A DNA stretch of 64,000 nucleotides from Daphnia carinata. Its lineage: Eukaryota. How positions within the stretch are numbered: the first letter of the stretch is position 1; every line of letters begins with the position of its first letter. Positions 22,511-36,781 of this stretch are shown in pieces. The stretch spans positions 372,001 to 436,000 of the forward strand of contig NC_081333.1 of NCBI RefSeq assembly GCF_022539665.2. Reading direction: 5' to 3'. A program made the position numbers and the translations under genes. Below the pieces are notes generated by a model. It saw only the letters and a list, made by a program, of their open reading frames with translations, was not told where the DNA came from and searched no databases.

Positions 22511-23686
22511 TGTTCGGATTACACTTGTTTAGTTCAATCCTGTTTACATTCAATCTGTTGAAAAGAAATAATCGGTTAAGCAAAATAACTGTACATAACA
22601 ATAAGGATTTAATTTTTGAGCCCGCCAAAACTATCACTCTTCGATTACATATCGATAGCACGATGCATACGGTTATTCCAGCGGAATGTCCAAATCTATG
22701 GCGAGTTGGCAGACTGAAATATTTTTCTTTTGAAACAATTTGTTTTAAAAATCAAGATAATTCCGATAATAGATTGAGAGTGATGAACTTTTCCAAGAAG
22801 CAGGAAAACGATTGGAAGCTGACAGGTTAGAAAATGGAATGTACTTCGTGGAAAACCAGCCCAAAATAAGACAAATCGGAAGAGCAAGGGAAAAAGACAA
22901 TCTCCAACACAGAAATTGACGACGTGACGTTCAAAACGGCAAGATCGTTTCAAGGTGGACACTAAAAACCCTTCCCAAACTAAAGAGAAAAGAGAAATTA
23001 AGGTTCGTCGATATGCGCGGGAAAATGCAAAATGGCCGACATCATCATCGAGATTTTTCGTGGAAGTTTCGCATTATGTAAATAAGCCGGCCTTGAATTT
23101 CACTACACACGCATTATCTTTGTCATCTGTCTTTGTTTAACAAAGGAGTAATGGTAGGGTTAAACTAGACAAACTTATTGCGACTATCAACGTTGATGAC
23201 ATTCGAATGCAATTCCGCATCAAACGAAAATCCGCCCCCTACACACACACAAATTTCAGCTATCTGAGTAGACAAGGTCGACAAAAGGTTGAAGTCTGTG
23301 TTGAAAAAAAATGATGGGGAAAGGTTTTTTCTTAATAACACGCAAATTTCACTCTTTTTACTTGCCAATTCCCCCCCATTCCCCTTAACTCTATATTACA
23401 GAACATTTCCCTCAAGGCTACAAGATGAAAGGGCTAACAAAACAGCAGACGATTGGCTGGCAATTTCGTCATTTCACTTCCCTCGTGTATGTTAGATGGC
23501 CCTTCCCCCCTTTTAAAACAAAATTTACCGTTGTATTTTGTGTCACCTTTCCGTAGAGAAGATTGTGCAAGAAAGCAAATTGCAGTTTTAGTTGCGTTTA
23601 ATCCCTGGACAAGTACAGGCCTGCATTTGGCTGACTGTCTTCTTATACATTTCCGGATTTTTGCTCAGTGCCTGTTTCCCCCCGCC

Positions 23687-25152
23687 ATGCAACTGGAGGT
23701 AAGTAATGAAATTGGTGTTAATTTACAGTAAAATTAAAATACCTTTTTGTTGAAAGAGGAGAGATGAATCTCCAACTGGAGATAGCACAGAGTTTACTCT
23801 TCGTTGGCATCATCACGACGTCAAGTTGGCCGATACGATGACTCGCGCTTGGGAGAAGAAACTCTTTTTGGACGTGACTTTAGCCAGCGGACACAGGACC
23901 ATCGGCGCCCATCGACTCGTTTTGTGTGCCTGCTCTGCCCTGCTAGAGAATCTGCTCACTTCACCGGCCCATTCGCCCGTCCAATCCCACACAAATCCTA
24001 TGCTCTATTTCAACGATATCGACTTTGAGGATTTGGAAGTGCTGGTTGAATTCATGTACCGTGGAAGTATGACTGTCACGTATCAAACGTTGCCGGGTAT
24101 CATTAATGCGGCGAGAATTTTGCAAATTCGCGGCCTTAATCGAGGTAATTTATTTTAATTTTTAATTGTTGAATTTAGTTTTGATTTATTTGATTTTTAA
24201 AGATATTGATGAACCGGTTGATTCGCCACCGGAATCGAGTGGATGCAGCGAACCGCCTGTAACGGAGCCGATTGGCGAACCGACACGTAAACGAATGAAG
24301 AAAGAGGAAGACATTCCTCGACACGTTGAAAAAGAAGAACCTGCAGATTCAGATCATGAGGAAATTCAAACACATGGCACTATGATGGATCATCCAAATT
24401 TTGAAGAACAAAAACAACAACAATTGGCTGCTTTTCTGTCGGTTTTGGCCCAGCAAACACCACTTAATCCATCGACTAAACAGCCTTCATCAAGTGGACC
24501 AAGTATAACACCTTTTATTATTATTTTTGAATTTTTTAATAAAGAAATGAATTTAAAATAGGTCCAGCATTACGGTCAAGGCTGGTCTGGGATCCAGCTC
24601 ACATTGTCTACCTGGAGAGTTGGTACGGAAGAGAGACGAGATACCCCAATCTAGCTCAGTGTCAAGCCTATGCCAATCAACTCTCTACAGTGCCGCAAAC
24701 AGGTGAGTTCAACTTTAAGCTTTCTTCACTTGAAGAGTTAAATATTGGAATCTTACCACACAGATCAAAGTGGCAAATCACGAACGTCCATGTCAGTCAC
24801 GGCTCAGAACGTGTCTCATTGGTTCCAGAACAGGCGTCGTAAAGATACACATCCAGAGATCGAAGAGAAACGTGTGAAACGCAGTCAGACTCGTCGGAGT
24901 AAATCGATGAAAACCAATGCTGGTGGCAATCCGCTGGATTTAACACAACCCAGCGTTCCATCTCAACGAAACAAACCGACAACGCCGCACAGTCGTTCAC
25001 CACAAGAACAATCGCATCACGAACACGAAGATCGAGATTCAGACGAAGAACCCGGGCTGTGCATTGCGGAACAGGCTCACACGAATTCGTACAATAGCGA
25101 CACGGAGAACGATCATCCGGCACCCATCCATCATCCGCAATATCAGGTTTAA
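23687..25152 (+). CDS. Tramtrack-type BTB/POZ protein with an atypical homeodomain (5 exons)
   Basis: Exons start at 23687, ~23757, 24203, 24562 and 24764. BTB: EFTLRWHHH...FLDVTL...AHRLVLCACS...LVEFMYRG...AARILQIRGL. Homeodomain: RSRLVWDP...LESWY...YP...YANQL...VTAQNVSHWFQNRRRKD. Confidence 0.85.
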
Positions 25153-26067
25153 TTTTGTGAAATTTACTTGTAAAAAAAATCGTTCCTTCAAATAATTTTT
25201 TTCCTGGTCCTAACCCTCTATAAAATGTAATTAAAGAAATTTTCAATTTTTTTTTATTTTCGATAAAGGATAAATAAAAAATTCGAACACGTTTGTCATA
25301 AAACAATGTATTTTGTTTAGTTTTTTTTTTAATGCTTTTTTTTTCTTCTCGTGTTGTGAAACTAAGGTGGGAAAACGATCGGGGTTATACAACATATGCA
25401 AAAGTTTGGGGAATAATTTTTTAAAAATCAATTTTTTCTTAGGTAGATACGCAAATTGCTTGCGGGGCAGATGGAAAACCGAAATTGAAGTTATTAAATT
25501 AACACCGCCATAGAACCTAAAATGACGATACCAAAGGGATAAAGAAAAAAACGTCCATGACTTAAATAATAATAAAAAAAAATGTTAATTTCTATCCAAT
25601 TTCAGAAATTACGTTGTAGAATTGAAGAGATATGATGAGAATATAGGGAGGCAGTATCATAGTAAATAGGACGAGACTTTGGTACACCACGAACACGGAA
25701 AGAAAAGAAAAAAATCTACAATTTCTTTTTTTCGATTAAGGAAAGAAAATCATAACGATTAAAGACAGCGGCACCTCTTCTGTGTACACGAACAACATCC
25801 ACAACTGAATGCAAACCAAAGATAAATCGTGCAGGAAGGTCTCTCTACGACAATTAAATAATAATAAATCAATTTAAACTAAAAAATTGGTAGTTTTAAA
25901 GGGCAGAATATACGTAATTTTTTTTTTTTAGTTTTCAATATGTGGGTGTAGGAAGAAAAAAGTTCGGGGGCTCTAGTGGCACTTGGTAAAATCCCTGACT
26001 GTGCTGCCTGTTACACATTTTCCGCACGGAAATAAGAACGGAATCCTCGCTAAAAAAAAAGAGAAGT

Positions 26068-29000
26068 TTAATGTTTGAAGTGGGGGGAGGACCGATCGGA
26101 AGTGGATCGAGCTCGGCGGAGTGAAGTGCCACGTCGTATTTGATCCATCAATGATTCACGATGGTGATCGTTTGACTGTTGTTGGCCATCGTGATGATTG
26201 CGACTGTGGCGCTGCGTAGCGGATTCCGCCTGCCCACCTGGTGAATGCCCTTGTTGCTGTTGCGCTAATTTAGCATTCAATTGATGGACGAAACTGGACT
26301 TGGACAACAAGCCTGAAACGACCTTACCACCGGCATCCTGCAAATTAAATTAAATTATCGTCTTAATTATTTTTTAAAAATTAAATTTGAATTAAATATT
26401 TCGTACGGTAGGATGACTGGGCATCTGTTTGGGCAGCGTCTTGTTGTGATTGGCCGGCGTCGCTTTGGACATTAAATTCTTCGTCAAGGTAAACGTATGA
26501 TGGGCGTGGTGCTGATCTGAATGGCGTTGGGCCTTGGGCGTGGTGCCCAGCGTTTTAGCCAATACGGCCGGCGGATGATTGCCACGGCCGTGCATCAACG
26601 TCGATGATGAATCGCTGGTTGCTCGCATCGACTGAGCTCGACGGACCACACCCGGACTAGCCGGTTGATGACGTATTTCGTTTAACGTTTTGACGGCATC
26701 CGCTACGCTCAAGGAACGTTCGGGAATGATGGCCTCTTTCGTGACTGGCGCTGGGCTGACGTCTTCCTCAGCCGTTTCTAGTAGGAAATCCGGCGGAGGA
26801 GGTAAAGCGGCCAAATCAATTTCGTCAACAGACGAAGGCGCCACCACATTCACTTCCGGAAGGGGTGGAACCAGATTCACGTCTATTTGATTGATCACGA
26901 AAAATTATTTAGGAGAAAAGGTAAAATTATAATTAGGGGTATTTAATTAACCATCGGTGTGATGAGCTTCGTCGACGTTGCTGACTTCGTGGAGCGTAGC
27001 GAACGACGGGATGGACGTCCGTTTCATAGTCGACATGCGCACACTGCCTCTCGGATTCCAATCGGCGCCGGCCCCCATCGATCCCTGATCGACATATCCT
27101 TTGGAAGGTGAAAATCATATTTTATAGAATTTTTTTTCTTCTTTATTTTTGAAATGGGGTCTATTAAATTATGATTGGGAGACTGGGGGGAGAGGACAAA
27201 TAATAAAAGGGGAGGTTGTTGTACCTGAAAACGAGGCCGGTCTGCGCAAAAGTGGCCTTGAACTACAAGCCGGAGGAGGAGGAGGAGGAAAGGTTTGATG
27301 GCGCCACATCGAGTCTCTCGATGGGCCATGACACGAACATGCTATCGTGCCCAATGCGAAATAATAACGAAAATTATAAAAAGCCAAACTAAAAAAACAT
27401 GAAAAGCAAACTACAAACAAAAAACAGCAGCCAAACATCAACTTGGAAATGGATTTTTAAAGAGATGCGATTGTTTGTATTCTAAATACCTTGACCATCC
27501 TCGTAAACGGTGCACGAAGCCAACGACGTATAGATGGCGTGAGAAGCGGGATCATCTCCATTCATCGCGGCCGCCTGTTGTCGTAGTTCACTGGCGTTCA
27601 TATAAACTGGCTGAGGGACAACTGAAAGAACAAAGGCATTTTTTCAATTGTTTTGCACGAAAATAATCAGAACGGACTTCATAAAAATTCTTTTACGACG
27701 TTGAAAACTGCCAAATTGTTACCCCGAAAAAAAAACTATTAAATAGCTTTTTGTTTGTTCACACCTTTGATTGCGGTTTGCCTAACGAACATTTGAATTG
27801 ATTTTGGAATTTAAAACAAAAAATGTCGGACACCCCCCACTAGCAAAAGACAAAAGAAAAAGGGAGAAATATATAATTAAATGTGGATCCCCTGCGGAAT
27901 GATGATGGATCCACAACGGAATAAAAGTGAGCCCTCGAGGGGGCAGCACACACACAATGGAAGTTGCACGTACTCATATCAGGCGCTGCTTGATGAAAAT
28001 CGGGCAAGATGGAGGGTTGTTGATTGTCCGTCTGTAAAACTAAAGAGTTTTTCTTGTTGACTTTCTCCGATTTAGTTTTACCCGGCGGCGGCACGACAGG
28101 GCGTTCCAGAGACGAACAACGTTGCGGCAACGGCGGCCTGCCCGCCGTGCCTTGATTGCCCGTCGTTCCCAGACTCTCTTGACTTCCGTTGTTTCCATTG
28201 CCGCCGGCCTTTAATTCGCGACATCGTCTCAACGTCTCGTATTCTGGCGATTCTGCATTTAAAAAACAAATGGAACTAGAGATAAAGAATTGAATTTCAG
28301 TTTGCTAATGTCATGATACAAACCGGTCGGTGTTGAATTATTAGCCCGATCGCATTTATCGGTGCTGCTCGTGCACGAACTTTGGCCAGTGGTGGTCGAC
28401 GATGATGAAGAGTATTGTTCCAGCGGTTGGAATGTGTAGACGGACAGAGCAGCTCGTTGATGATGTCCTTTTTCATAAGCCGTTGAAATTGTATGTGGCC
28501 TTTCATTGATCATTACCATATGAGTACTATTGCTCGCTTGCCTATCGTACTGGACCGTCTCCTAATTTAAATTTTAAAAAATAGGGGGATTAATTAAATT
28601 TTAAAGACATTTTTTGATTCGTTTGGAAAGAATAGAGAAAAGAGATAGGAAAAAGCAAGTGTTAATACTTGAAGGTTAGGCCAGGTAGAACCCATGCCGG
28701 GCGGGTAGGGCGTGCAGGGCGTGCTCGAGTTGCTGTTGGAACTCGAACACTCTCCACTGGAATTGCTGGAAGACACGAGTTCCACCTTTTTTTTTTTTTT
28801 TAAGGGATTGGATTGAAAGTTTTAAAAAGGATGAAACATGAAGAAAGAAAAAGAAAGGATGAAAAGAAAAAAGATGTACCTCCTGGGCCAACAATTGATT
28901 GGATGGCGGGGATGAATTGGGTCTGTATAGAACAAGCGTATCTTGAGACGTGAAACCGGAATCTTGAGACGAAACGCTCGACAGTCTCACTCCGGCGTTG

Positions 29001-32000
29001 ACACCGGCCACTTGAGACAGCGATCTGTGGCGGATGTGTTGCTGCTGTTGTTGCTGAATAGCATGACTAGGCGAGTTCATTAATTGGTGGTTCTAAAATT
29101 TAAAACGGATTTATTTAAAAGTTATAAAGAAAAGCAGGAAAAAAATTGGATTTACTTGGGAATGAGAAGCAACGCTTCCGCTGGATGAGCTGTGGATCGA
29201 GCCCAAACTGCACATGGAAGACTTGCGCGATCCGAGGGAACTGGGACTACTCGGCGGCGTCTGAAGAGCCCAGTGATTGTGGTCCGTCGTTCCTTTCAAC
29301 TCGGAAATCATCTAGAAAGAAAATTTAATTAAACGACAAAACTCTAAATTAAGAAATTAACAATGAATTCACTTGTTCAGTGGATGATGGCAGCGAGAAT
29401 GGATCAGCTGTGTGCTTGTCTAGTTGGGTAATAATCTCTTCCAGGTGACTCAATTCAGCCATCATCGACATTTCTTCGCTCTGATTAAAATGTCACAACG
29501 ATTTAATAAAAACGGAAATGAAAAACTTAGAAATTTGGCTGTTACCATGACGGGCTTGAGGCAAGCGACAAAGAGGCAATAGCGACTGCGTTCTTCCACC
29601 AGGGCCGACTTCAACGCCTGCTTTTCCGTCTCCTGTTGCAACGAAAGAAAAAAAAAGAAATCGAAATTGAATTGCATCTAAATGGAATAAGCGAGAGAGA
29701 AGCAACGAAGGGAGGAAAAGGAGAAAACCAATAATCAATAGTACGGAAAGAAACACAAGGGGGGAGGAGAATAGCCTCTAGCGTCAGATTACTAAGTCCT
29801 GGATTTCATTCAGTGTACACACATTGGGATTCTTTCCTTGGCCATTCTTTTTGACAAATCTTCTTATTTTTCTTTCAAAACACAACGAAGGTTTACCTGG
29901 AGAAGGGCAAGGCGTGAATTGAGGTCGATTTGAGCGGCATCGGCTGCACGGAGGAGCTCCTGATTGGCAGCGTTCAATTGGCGGTCATTGGCACCAGTGG
30001 GGTTCATTTGTTGGCCCATCATTGCAGTTGCGTGACTACCTCCTCCAGCCATCCCGCTGCGGATCTTTTTGGCTTTCTTCTGCCACCGTTGCGCCTCTGC
30101 CGTCCGCTTCTTGATATCCGCCCTGACTTTCTTGTACTCTGCAATCGTACCCCAACAATAAATTCAATCAACCCGAAATTTAATTTAGCCAACAATCTTT
30201 TACCTTTCGAGTGCTCCTTGTCAAGATTTACCACCATTTTCTTCCATTCCTCCAATTTGTCGTGTAATGGAAGAACAAGACACTCCATCAGCGCGCTGTT
30301 TTGAAAAAATTAAATTAAAGCCGGAAAAAACCCAGACATTTAAATGAAAAAGAATTAATATTTCGACAACGTAAATATTCAAACTGATTTGTATGACAGA
30401 TCACGTTCCCCCCACACTTGTCCTTTTCAATTCTTTTTTTCCAAAATCAAATTATAATCATATGGATTTTGCAGCTTGTTGAAGAAATCGTGCGTATGCG
30501 TGCCTATGTCAATAACCCGAGCCTTTCCCCTTCCTCCCCTTTTTTTTATGACCAGGCACGTCTGTATTTTTCCCTACCTGGAATTTTTCTCTCATCATCA
30601 TTTTTTTTTTAAGTCCGGGCGGGGTTGAAAAAAAATTGTTATTTGTTACTAGACCGTTCACGCGTGAAACGTGAGTCTCCCGAAACGAGGAAACAAAAAG
30701 GGGAGAGAGAAAGAGAAACAATAAAAAAAAAAAGAGCTACTGGGCTTAAGTCCGTTATCCGCTGGAACAAACATCCCCCCTCTGTGGAATTTAATTTTAG
30801 TTTTCCCATTTGGTTCACTGGACTGTGGAACGGGGTTTTTACGACGAGACAGAAAAAAAAAGACAAATGAATGTGTCGCAAGTCATTTGTTGATGACATT
30901 GACGAGTTCACCTGGTGAATGTTTTGAGACGGGCCTCGACGGCTTTGTGGCGGAGGCAGATACGAGTGAGGACCGTACCGATATCTTTGGTGGCTCCTGT
31001 TTTCATAGAAATATGAAAGAAAAAGATAAACATGAGATTTTTGATGGTTTGAACGGATGCCGGATGAAAGATCAAAAACAGCTGATGACTAGGATATAAA
31101 GAGGGCGTTTGTTATGAACGCTACATAACACGTTGAGGGGTGAAACGTTGGGGGAGAGAAACGAGGGGGAGAAGTCAAGAAAAATCCGAAAATAGAAAGT
31201 GTGTACACATAAAAATGGATAAATAGAACTGAAAAAGGGAGGAGACCCAAGTTGTTAAAGGTGAATCTTCTTTAAGTCGTACAAAAGAGGAGGTGGGAGG
31301 AGTAGTCAATCGTGATGGGTCATTTTCCAAAAAAAAGGTGAAGAAAAGAGAATCGTGACCAAGAGATCAAAACACGGCAATAAGAGATCTCGTTGTTTCT
31401 TTATATTAAAGGAGCAAAAAAAGAGCTTTTCTTTTTTAATAAGACCGGCGTCGCCGTCATAGAGAAGTACTTCCGGAGGATGTCGTTGATTGAATTACAC
31501 AAAAAATGCTTGTGGTTTGCTTTAAAGGGTGGAACGTGAAATTCTTGTTTACATCATCAAATTTTACACACAGATTTTTGAAAAAAAACATAGTGCCCCT
31601 ATTTCCTATGTCACAGGGACAATAGTTTGAAAACAAAAGTTGAACGCAGATGGTTTTGTCGTGTTCTATTAGATTTGCCTAGTACTTAACTAACTGCATA
31701 CAAAAGAGAGTAGAGGGGGAGAGATTGGGTGTAGAAAAGTCGTGGAATGAAGGAATGAAGAGGGGTGAAAGTGATGGATCCAACGGGGGGGAAGGTTATT
31801 GATCTGTCCTAGTAGCTCCTGCCTTTTTTTGTCCTCTCAGCACGCGCAACTGGACAAGGATATTTTTTCTTCTAAACATTGTATCACTAATTCCTTGTAT
31901 TTTTCTATAGACTTCGACACCCGAATATGATGGATCTCTGTGAATTTCTGCAATTATCCTCGGTGCAACGAATGATTAGGGAAATGAGATTATCAAACTT

Positions 32001-33406
32001 TTCTTCAAAGCGATTCAACTATTATTACTTTTTCTTAAGGGGACTTTTCTACGTGATCGATAGCTTTTTATTCATGAACGCACTGAGGGGGGGGGCAGAC
32101 CTTATTTTATTTGTAGGAGCATTCCATCATAATGCACATCGTCGATCAAAAGGTCTTACTCTACATCTCCCATTTCTGTTTAGATTGGTACGTCATTGCA
32201 AGACTTGGCAACGCTGCAGCGTCGTCGGGGGGCGTCGGCACAACATAAAAAACTACCCTGGGACAAAAGAATTTTTGTTTTTTTTCCCCTAACAATTTAA
32301 ATATTACAAACTCAAGTTATTTTCAACAGGTGTCAAATAGGACTCATTATCATATCAAGTCTAGACATGAAACGGTGGAATGTTATTTACCTTTGGCGTT
32401 GGTGGCCGAGTCGGCAATCTTCTGAAAGGCATCCAAGTAGGCGGCAATGACTGATAAGGTCGATCTGTTTAAGAAGATAACATTTAAAGATTAGAGATGT
32501 AAAAAGATTCTCTTATTATTTTCGAGAATTTGACACCACCCGCTGCCATGGGGCATTGCGGTCTAAACCGCAACACGATCACAGTCCATGACATTGAGAA
32601 TTTTCCCTGGGAGGAGAATATTTTTGTGCACAGAAATCAATACCCCAAAAACCTTCAGGGTCCAATTGTTGAAATTTTAAAATTCCATTCGACCGGAAGA
32701 GATAGGGGTTGTTGACCAACATTTAAAAATCCCTCCCCCACATCATCAGTGATGAAAGATTTATCAAAAATATGTTTCAACTCACTTGAGCGCTGTGTGA
32801 AGTTTGGAGGCTTTGGACAGGAAATCTTCCCAGAGAGGAGCACCAACCTGTAAATAAAAAAAAAACACAATTTATCAAAAAAAAAATATATTTAAATGTA
32901 TTTTTCTAAATTTCCCACTTCAATTGGTTTAATAATTTTTTATTTCTTTACGAGCCACCGCACCCATAAAATTCAGTGGCAGGGGTAAAAAAAAGCGGGC
33001 AATTAAGTGCCCGAGGCGGTTCTAGTTTTCCACAAGACCCTTCAAAACATCTGCCACCGGAAGTTTACAACACTCTACACAACTCCCCAACTGCAGAAAA
33101 ACCACTACACCACACACACACACTGTGTGTGTATATGCCGCCTTCTACAGTGTATACACCATCCGAAAATGGTCCCAAACTCCCTCGACAACGCCGACCA
33201 CCATTTTCTTTTTTACATGTTGTTGTTTTGCTATAGGCGCAACAAAAAAAAACTCCAGACAAAATCCCGTTACAATAAAAACGAGTTTTTTTTTCTTTTA
33301 ATTTCGTAAAGAGACACGTTACCTTCATGTCGGTGATGATTTGGTGAAAGAGAGCGCCCATGGCGCTGCCAAACTCCTTGTCCACCGTCACCGTTAGTGT
33401 CTCCAT
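26068..33406 (-). CDS. MTSS1: Missing-in-metastasis / MTSS1-like protein (IMD/I-BAR domain, Ser/Pro-rich middle, C-terminal WH2)
   Basis: KEFGSAMGALFHQIITDMK, AYLDAFQKIADSATNAK, RICLRHKAVEARLKTF, PLHDKLEEWKK...LDKEHSKEYKK, ALVEERSRYCLF, RLSSVSSQDSGFTSQD, and the WH2-like SLMDQIRRGTSLRRARSTSDRSSP. Confidence 0.92.
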
Positions 33407-34695
33407 AATAACAAATGTTTTTTTTTTCTTTTCTTTCCAAATTTGGCTTTCTCAGTTTCTAGACGCAACGTGGCTCTTGAATGTCAAACAACTTGTACTT
33501 TCATTTGCCACATTTCACTCTCTCCCACCATACGCCAATCCATTCGTTCCCCCCGTAAACAGCAGCACCCCTTCGTTTTGCGCCACAGTTTTTGTCAGAT
33601 GGCGGCAGAGCACAATTCTATGGTCGGGTCCTGATGTAGAGTTGTTTGCCTCGTGTTGTTTCCAAAACAGTTAGGGCTATCACACACGCTAAGCCTTCAG
33701 GCGACACTTTTCTTTCACCGTTACCACAAAAAACACAAACACCACAAGGTTCTCTTCTTAGTAGTTGATGTTATTTTTGTAGATTTTTTCAATTTTCCTC
33801 TCTATTACGCACACTCGTAATCTAGGGTGAATCGAATGAGCTGCCTTCTTTCTTCTTTCCAACCCCAACTTCAAAAGCTTTTTTTTTGGTGGCAAAAAAA
33901 AACGTTGGGTCGACGATGCACGGACGCTACTTCTCAGAAGCTCGCGTTGCTACTAACTTGCCTGGACTCGCGCTGTACGGGAGGTCTATAGTTTTCCCTC
34001 TTGGTTTCAAGCTCCTCCCACTGCAAGCCATCTAGCGGTCGTTTTAATTACTTCTAGGAATTTAAGGATAAAACAAAAAGAAAACACGATGGAAAAAGAT
34101 ATGTATGCGAAATGTGTTCCATGCATGATAACATCGTCAGCCAAGGAGAATCTGTTCACGTTTGTTATTCGAGTGCTAGGTTCTTGTATTCAAGGACGGA
34201 TAAAAAACTTGACATGACAACAAACGGCCACCGAATGCATGATTGCTAAACCACTTGAAACGATTTGAGCTTGACTAGCGGGAAAGAAAAAAAGCATTTC
34301 TTTTGGTTTTTACGGTCCACTGCTAATCGGACATTGCAGATTATTGATGCAACGTTTTTCTCCGACATTTTCAAACTCGTTTTCTTGTTTGTTTTGGAAT
34401 ACGAGGCTCTCCCAATGGATATCACTTTTCCATGACGCGACCTCTTTGACGTGTTTCGTAATATTATGGCTATATATGAATAAAAATCCGCAAATAGTTA
34501 CTTTTTTCACCCTGTTGTACCAGACAGCAAAGAGATATCGATTGCCGACACGTCTTTTGCGGTTTCTCGTATCAATTTTCGTGGAAGAAGAGAATCAATT
34601 TACGTTTCTTGTGAAAAATAAAAAATGAACGTTGAACGATTCAAGAAAAGAACGATAAAGAGACATTACTTTTTGGAAGTAGATTGACATTTCTT

Positions 34696-36781
34696 TTAAC
34701 GATTTAAATATTCTCCAAGTTCCTTCAGTAATGCAAGCTCATCATGAGGCCAACGATACGATCGATAGGGCGTCAGCAAACAAAAAGAAGAACTACTCCG
34801 GTTTCCTACAATGAGGTCGTCATCAAAACTGCAAACGAAGCATTAAAAAAAATACAGTTGAAGAAACTTGATTTCCTTTCTTAAAAAGAATAAACCGTTA
34901 CCGTATAGCGAAAACTTGCCGATAGACATTATTTTCATCAATATGATGGAACAGCTGATTAAGCCGGTAACAACAAACTTGATCGACGTCACCATAATCT
35001 GCTTGGCTTTTACTTCTTAGAAACCATTCTTGACAACGCATCATCTCCGAGCACAAGAAGATCACGATGCGGATATGGTTGGGTTTTGCCACTTGGAGGT
35101 GATTAGAGAACCACTCAACTCCCTCAATGGCTGCCAAATCTATGTCGTCTGCTTCATCCAAAACCTTTCCCCCATTTTTCGGGGGAAAATAAAATGGTCA
35201 AGGACAGTTAACACAAATGTCTTAATCGATTACATATACCTTCCCATTGGGCACGTAATTCCTAATTGCTTCTTTTAAATGTGAAACGTGATGAGCTAAT
35301 CGGTTAATCGATCGATTGCTGTACAAGAACAGTATCGGAATTTCTGTTGATGTTGTAACATCTTGTTTCAAAAGAATGTCAGCAGGGCTGTGGAAATCAT
35401 CGACAATTAAGTTTGGATTCATTTTGCGCTTGAGCAAGGCCCGAATGATGACGCAAATGGACAAGATGGTGACGGCAACACAGGCCAGCAGATAAAACCA
35501 AATATCCATCTCGGAGTAATGCGTCAGAACCATGGTCTTCTTTTCTTGTTGTTCCCATCGTAAATCAATGCTCGTCTATTAAATAATTTATCACCAATAT
35601 TTATCGATCTGATTTACCTCTCAGTTGGACAATGTTGCTGTAACGGGCGCAGGTCTTGTCTGGGTCAATCAATGGAGGATCACATCGATCGTCGTCGGGA
35701 ATCACGACGACGCAATAATAGCCGTAAGACAAATTCTGGAATGTAACAACTTGCCATTCCTGGATGGCATGGTCTGGAAAAGAAATGTTTAAGTATTGGT
35801 TATTGATGGGGTCGTCCGTTTCACCACATTCCATCAGATGATCGTCAATGTCATCATGTCGAAAGAGTTGGACGTTGTAAAAGCGAAATTCAGACGCGTC
35901 GTGCAGTTTGATAAACAGACTCAGGTCGTGCTGGCTGGTCGCCGATAAATCAAGGCTCAAGTTCCACTTGAAAACGTCATATTCGACGACGTCGGTATAC
36001 AAATAAAGTGGTTGCTCCAGTAGTTGACAAGCTCTTTGAATCGTGTCATCGTGGTAGAAATCCAAACGAAAGCAGTAACATCCGGTATAGATATGGTCCA
36101 GCAACACTGACGCCTGCCTCTGTGTGTCATCATCAAGTTTTTCATATGACCTCATTTGTTTTTATTTTTTTTTAAATAATATTATTTTATAAAGAACATT
36201 ATTTACTTGGCCAGCTGGAATGGTTTTATCGTACTGGGCTGTAGTTGTCATGTCGTCGCTTGCCCAACAAATTCGGTGTGACTGGAGAACAGTGGCGACA
36301 TCTTCCATCATTCGACTTTTACACGTTTCGATGGGGCGACATTCGGTGCTGTTGGTCAACCATCGCAATACTTGAACATCGACATTGTTGACAGGCTGAG
36401 GAGACTGCCGGGATAATGTCAAACCCGAGCTCAAAACTGCCTCCTCAATATTTATGTTCAACAGCGCCGTCCGGCTGTTTGGATCGTAATCGACTGGACA
36501 AACAAGAAAGAAAATCCAATGTCATCAAAATGTTGGCAAAAGTTCAAATCGGAATTTATCTTGTCCCAGAAGGAAAACCTGATGGTTGGTGTTGGGTAGA
36601 CAACTTTCTCTCTTGCTCCTGTAGGGTAGTGGATGCCTTATGAAGCATGTGACATAAATTAAAAGTACAAATTCTCGTTAAAGCCATGACAATGTTTTAA
36701 AATCAATTGTTTAAACATTCGAAATAATACCTGTCTTGCCAGGGTCAGTAACAATAACGTGAAACAGAAATCTGCACGCAT
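34696..36781 (-). CDS. Single-pass type I membrane protein, IL-17 receptor-like, with a SEFIR-like cytoplasmic domain
   Basis: Signal peptide MRADFCFTLLLLTLARQ; Cys-containing beta-rich ectodomain (VTFQNLSYGYYCVVVIP); TM helix IWFYLLACVAVTILSICVII; cytoplasmic ILFLYS...HHVSHL...GKV-LD...GVEWF...IVIFLCS...VFAIRF pattern. Confidence 0.65.

Noticed and set aside
34028..34041. CTCF-like motif (GCCATCTAGCGG) upstream of MTSS1
   Set aside because: A single short match cannot be distinguished from chance without ChIP data.
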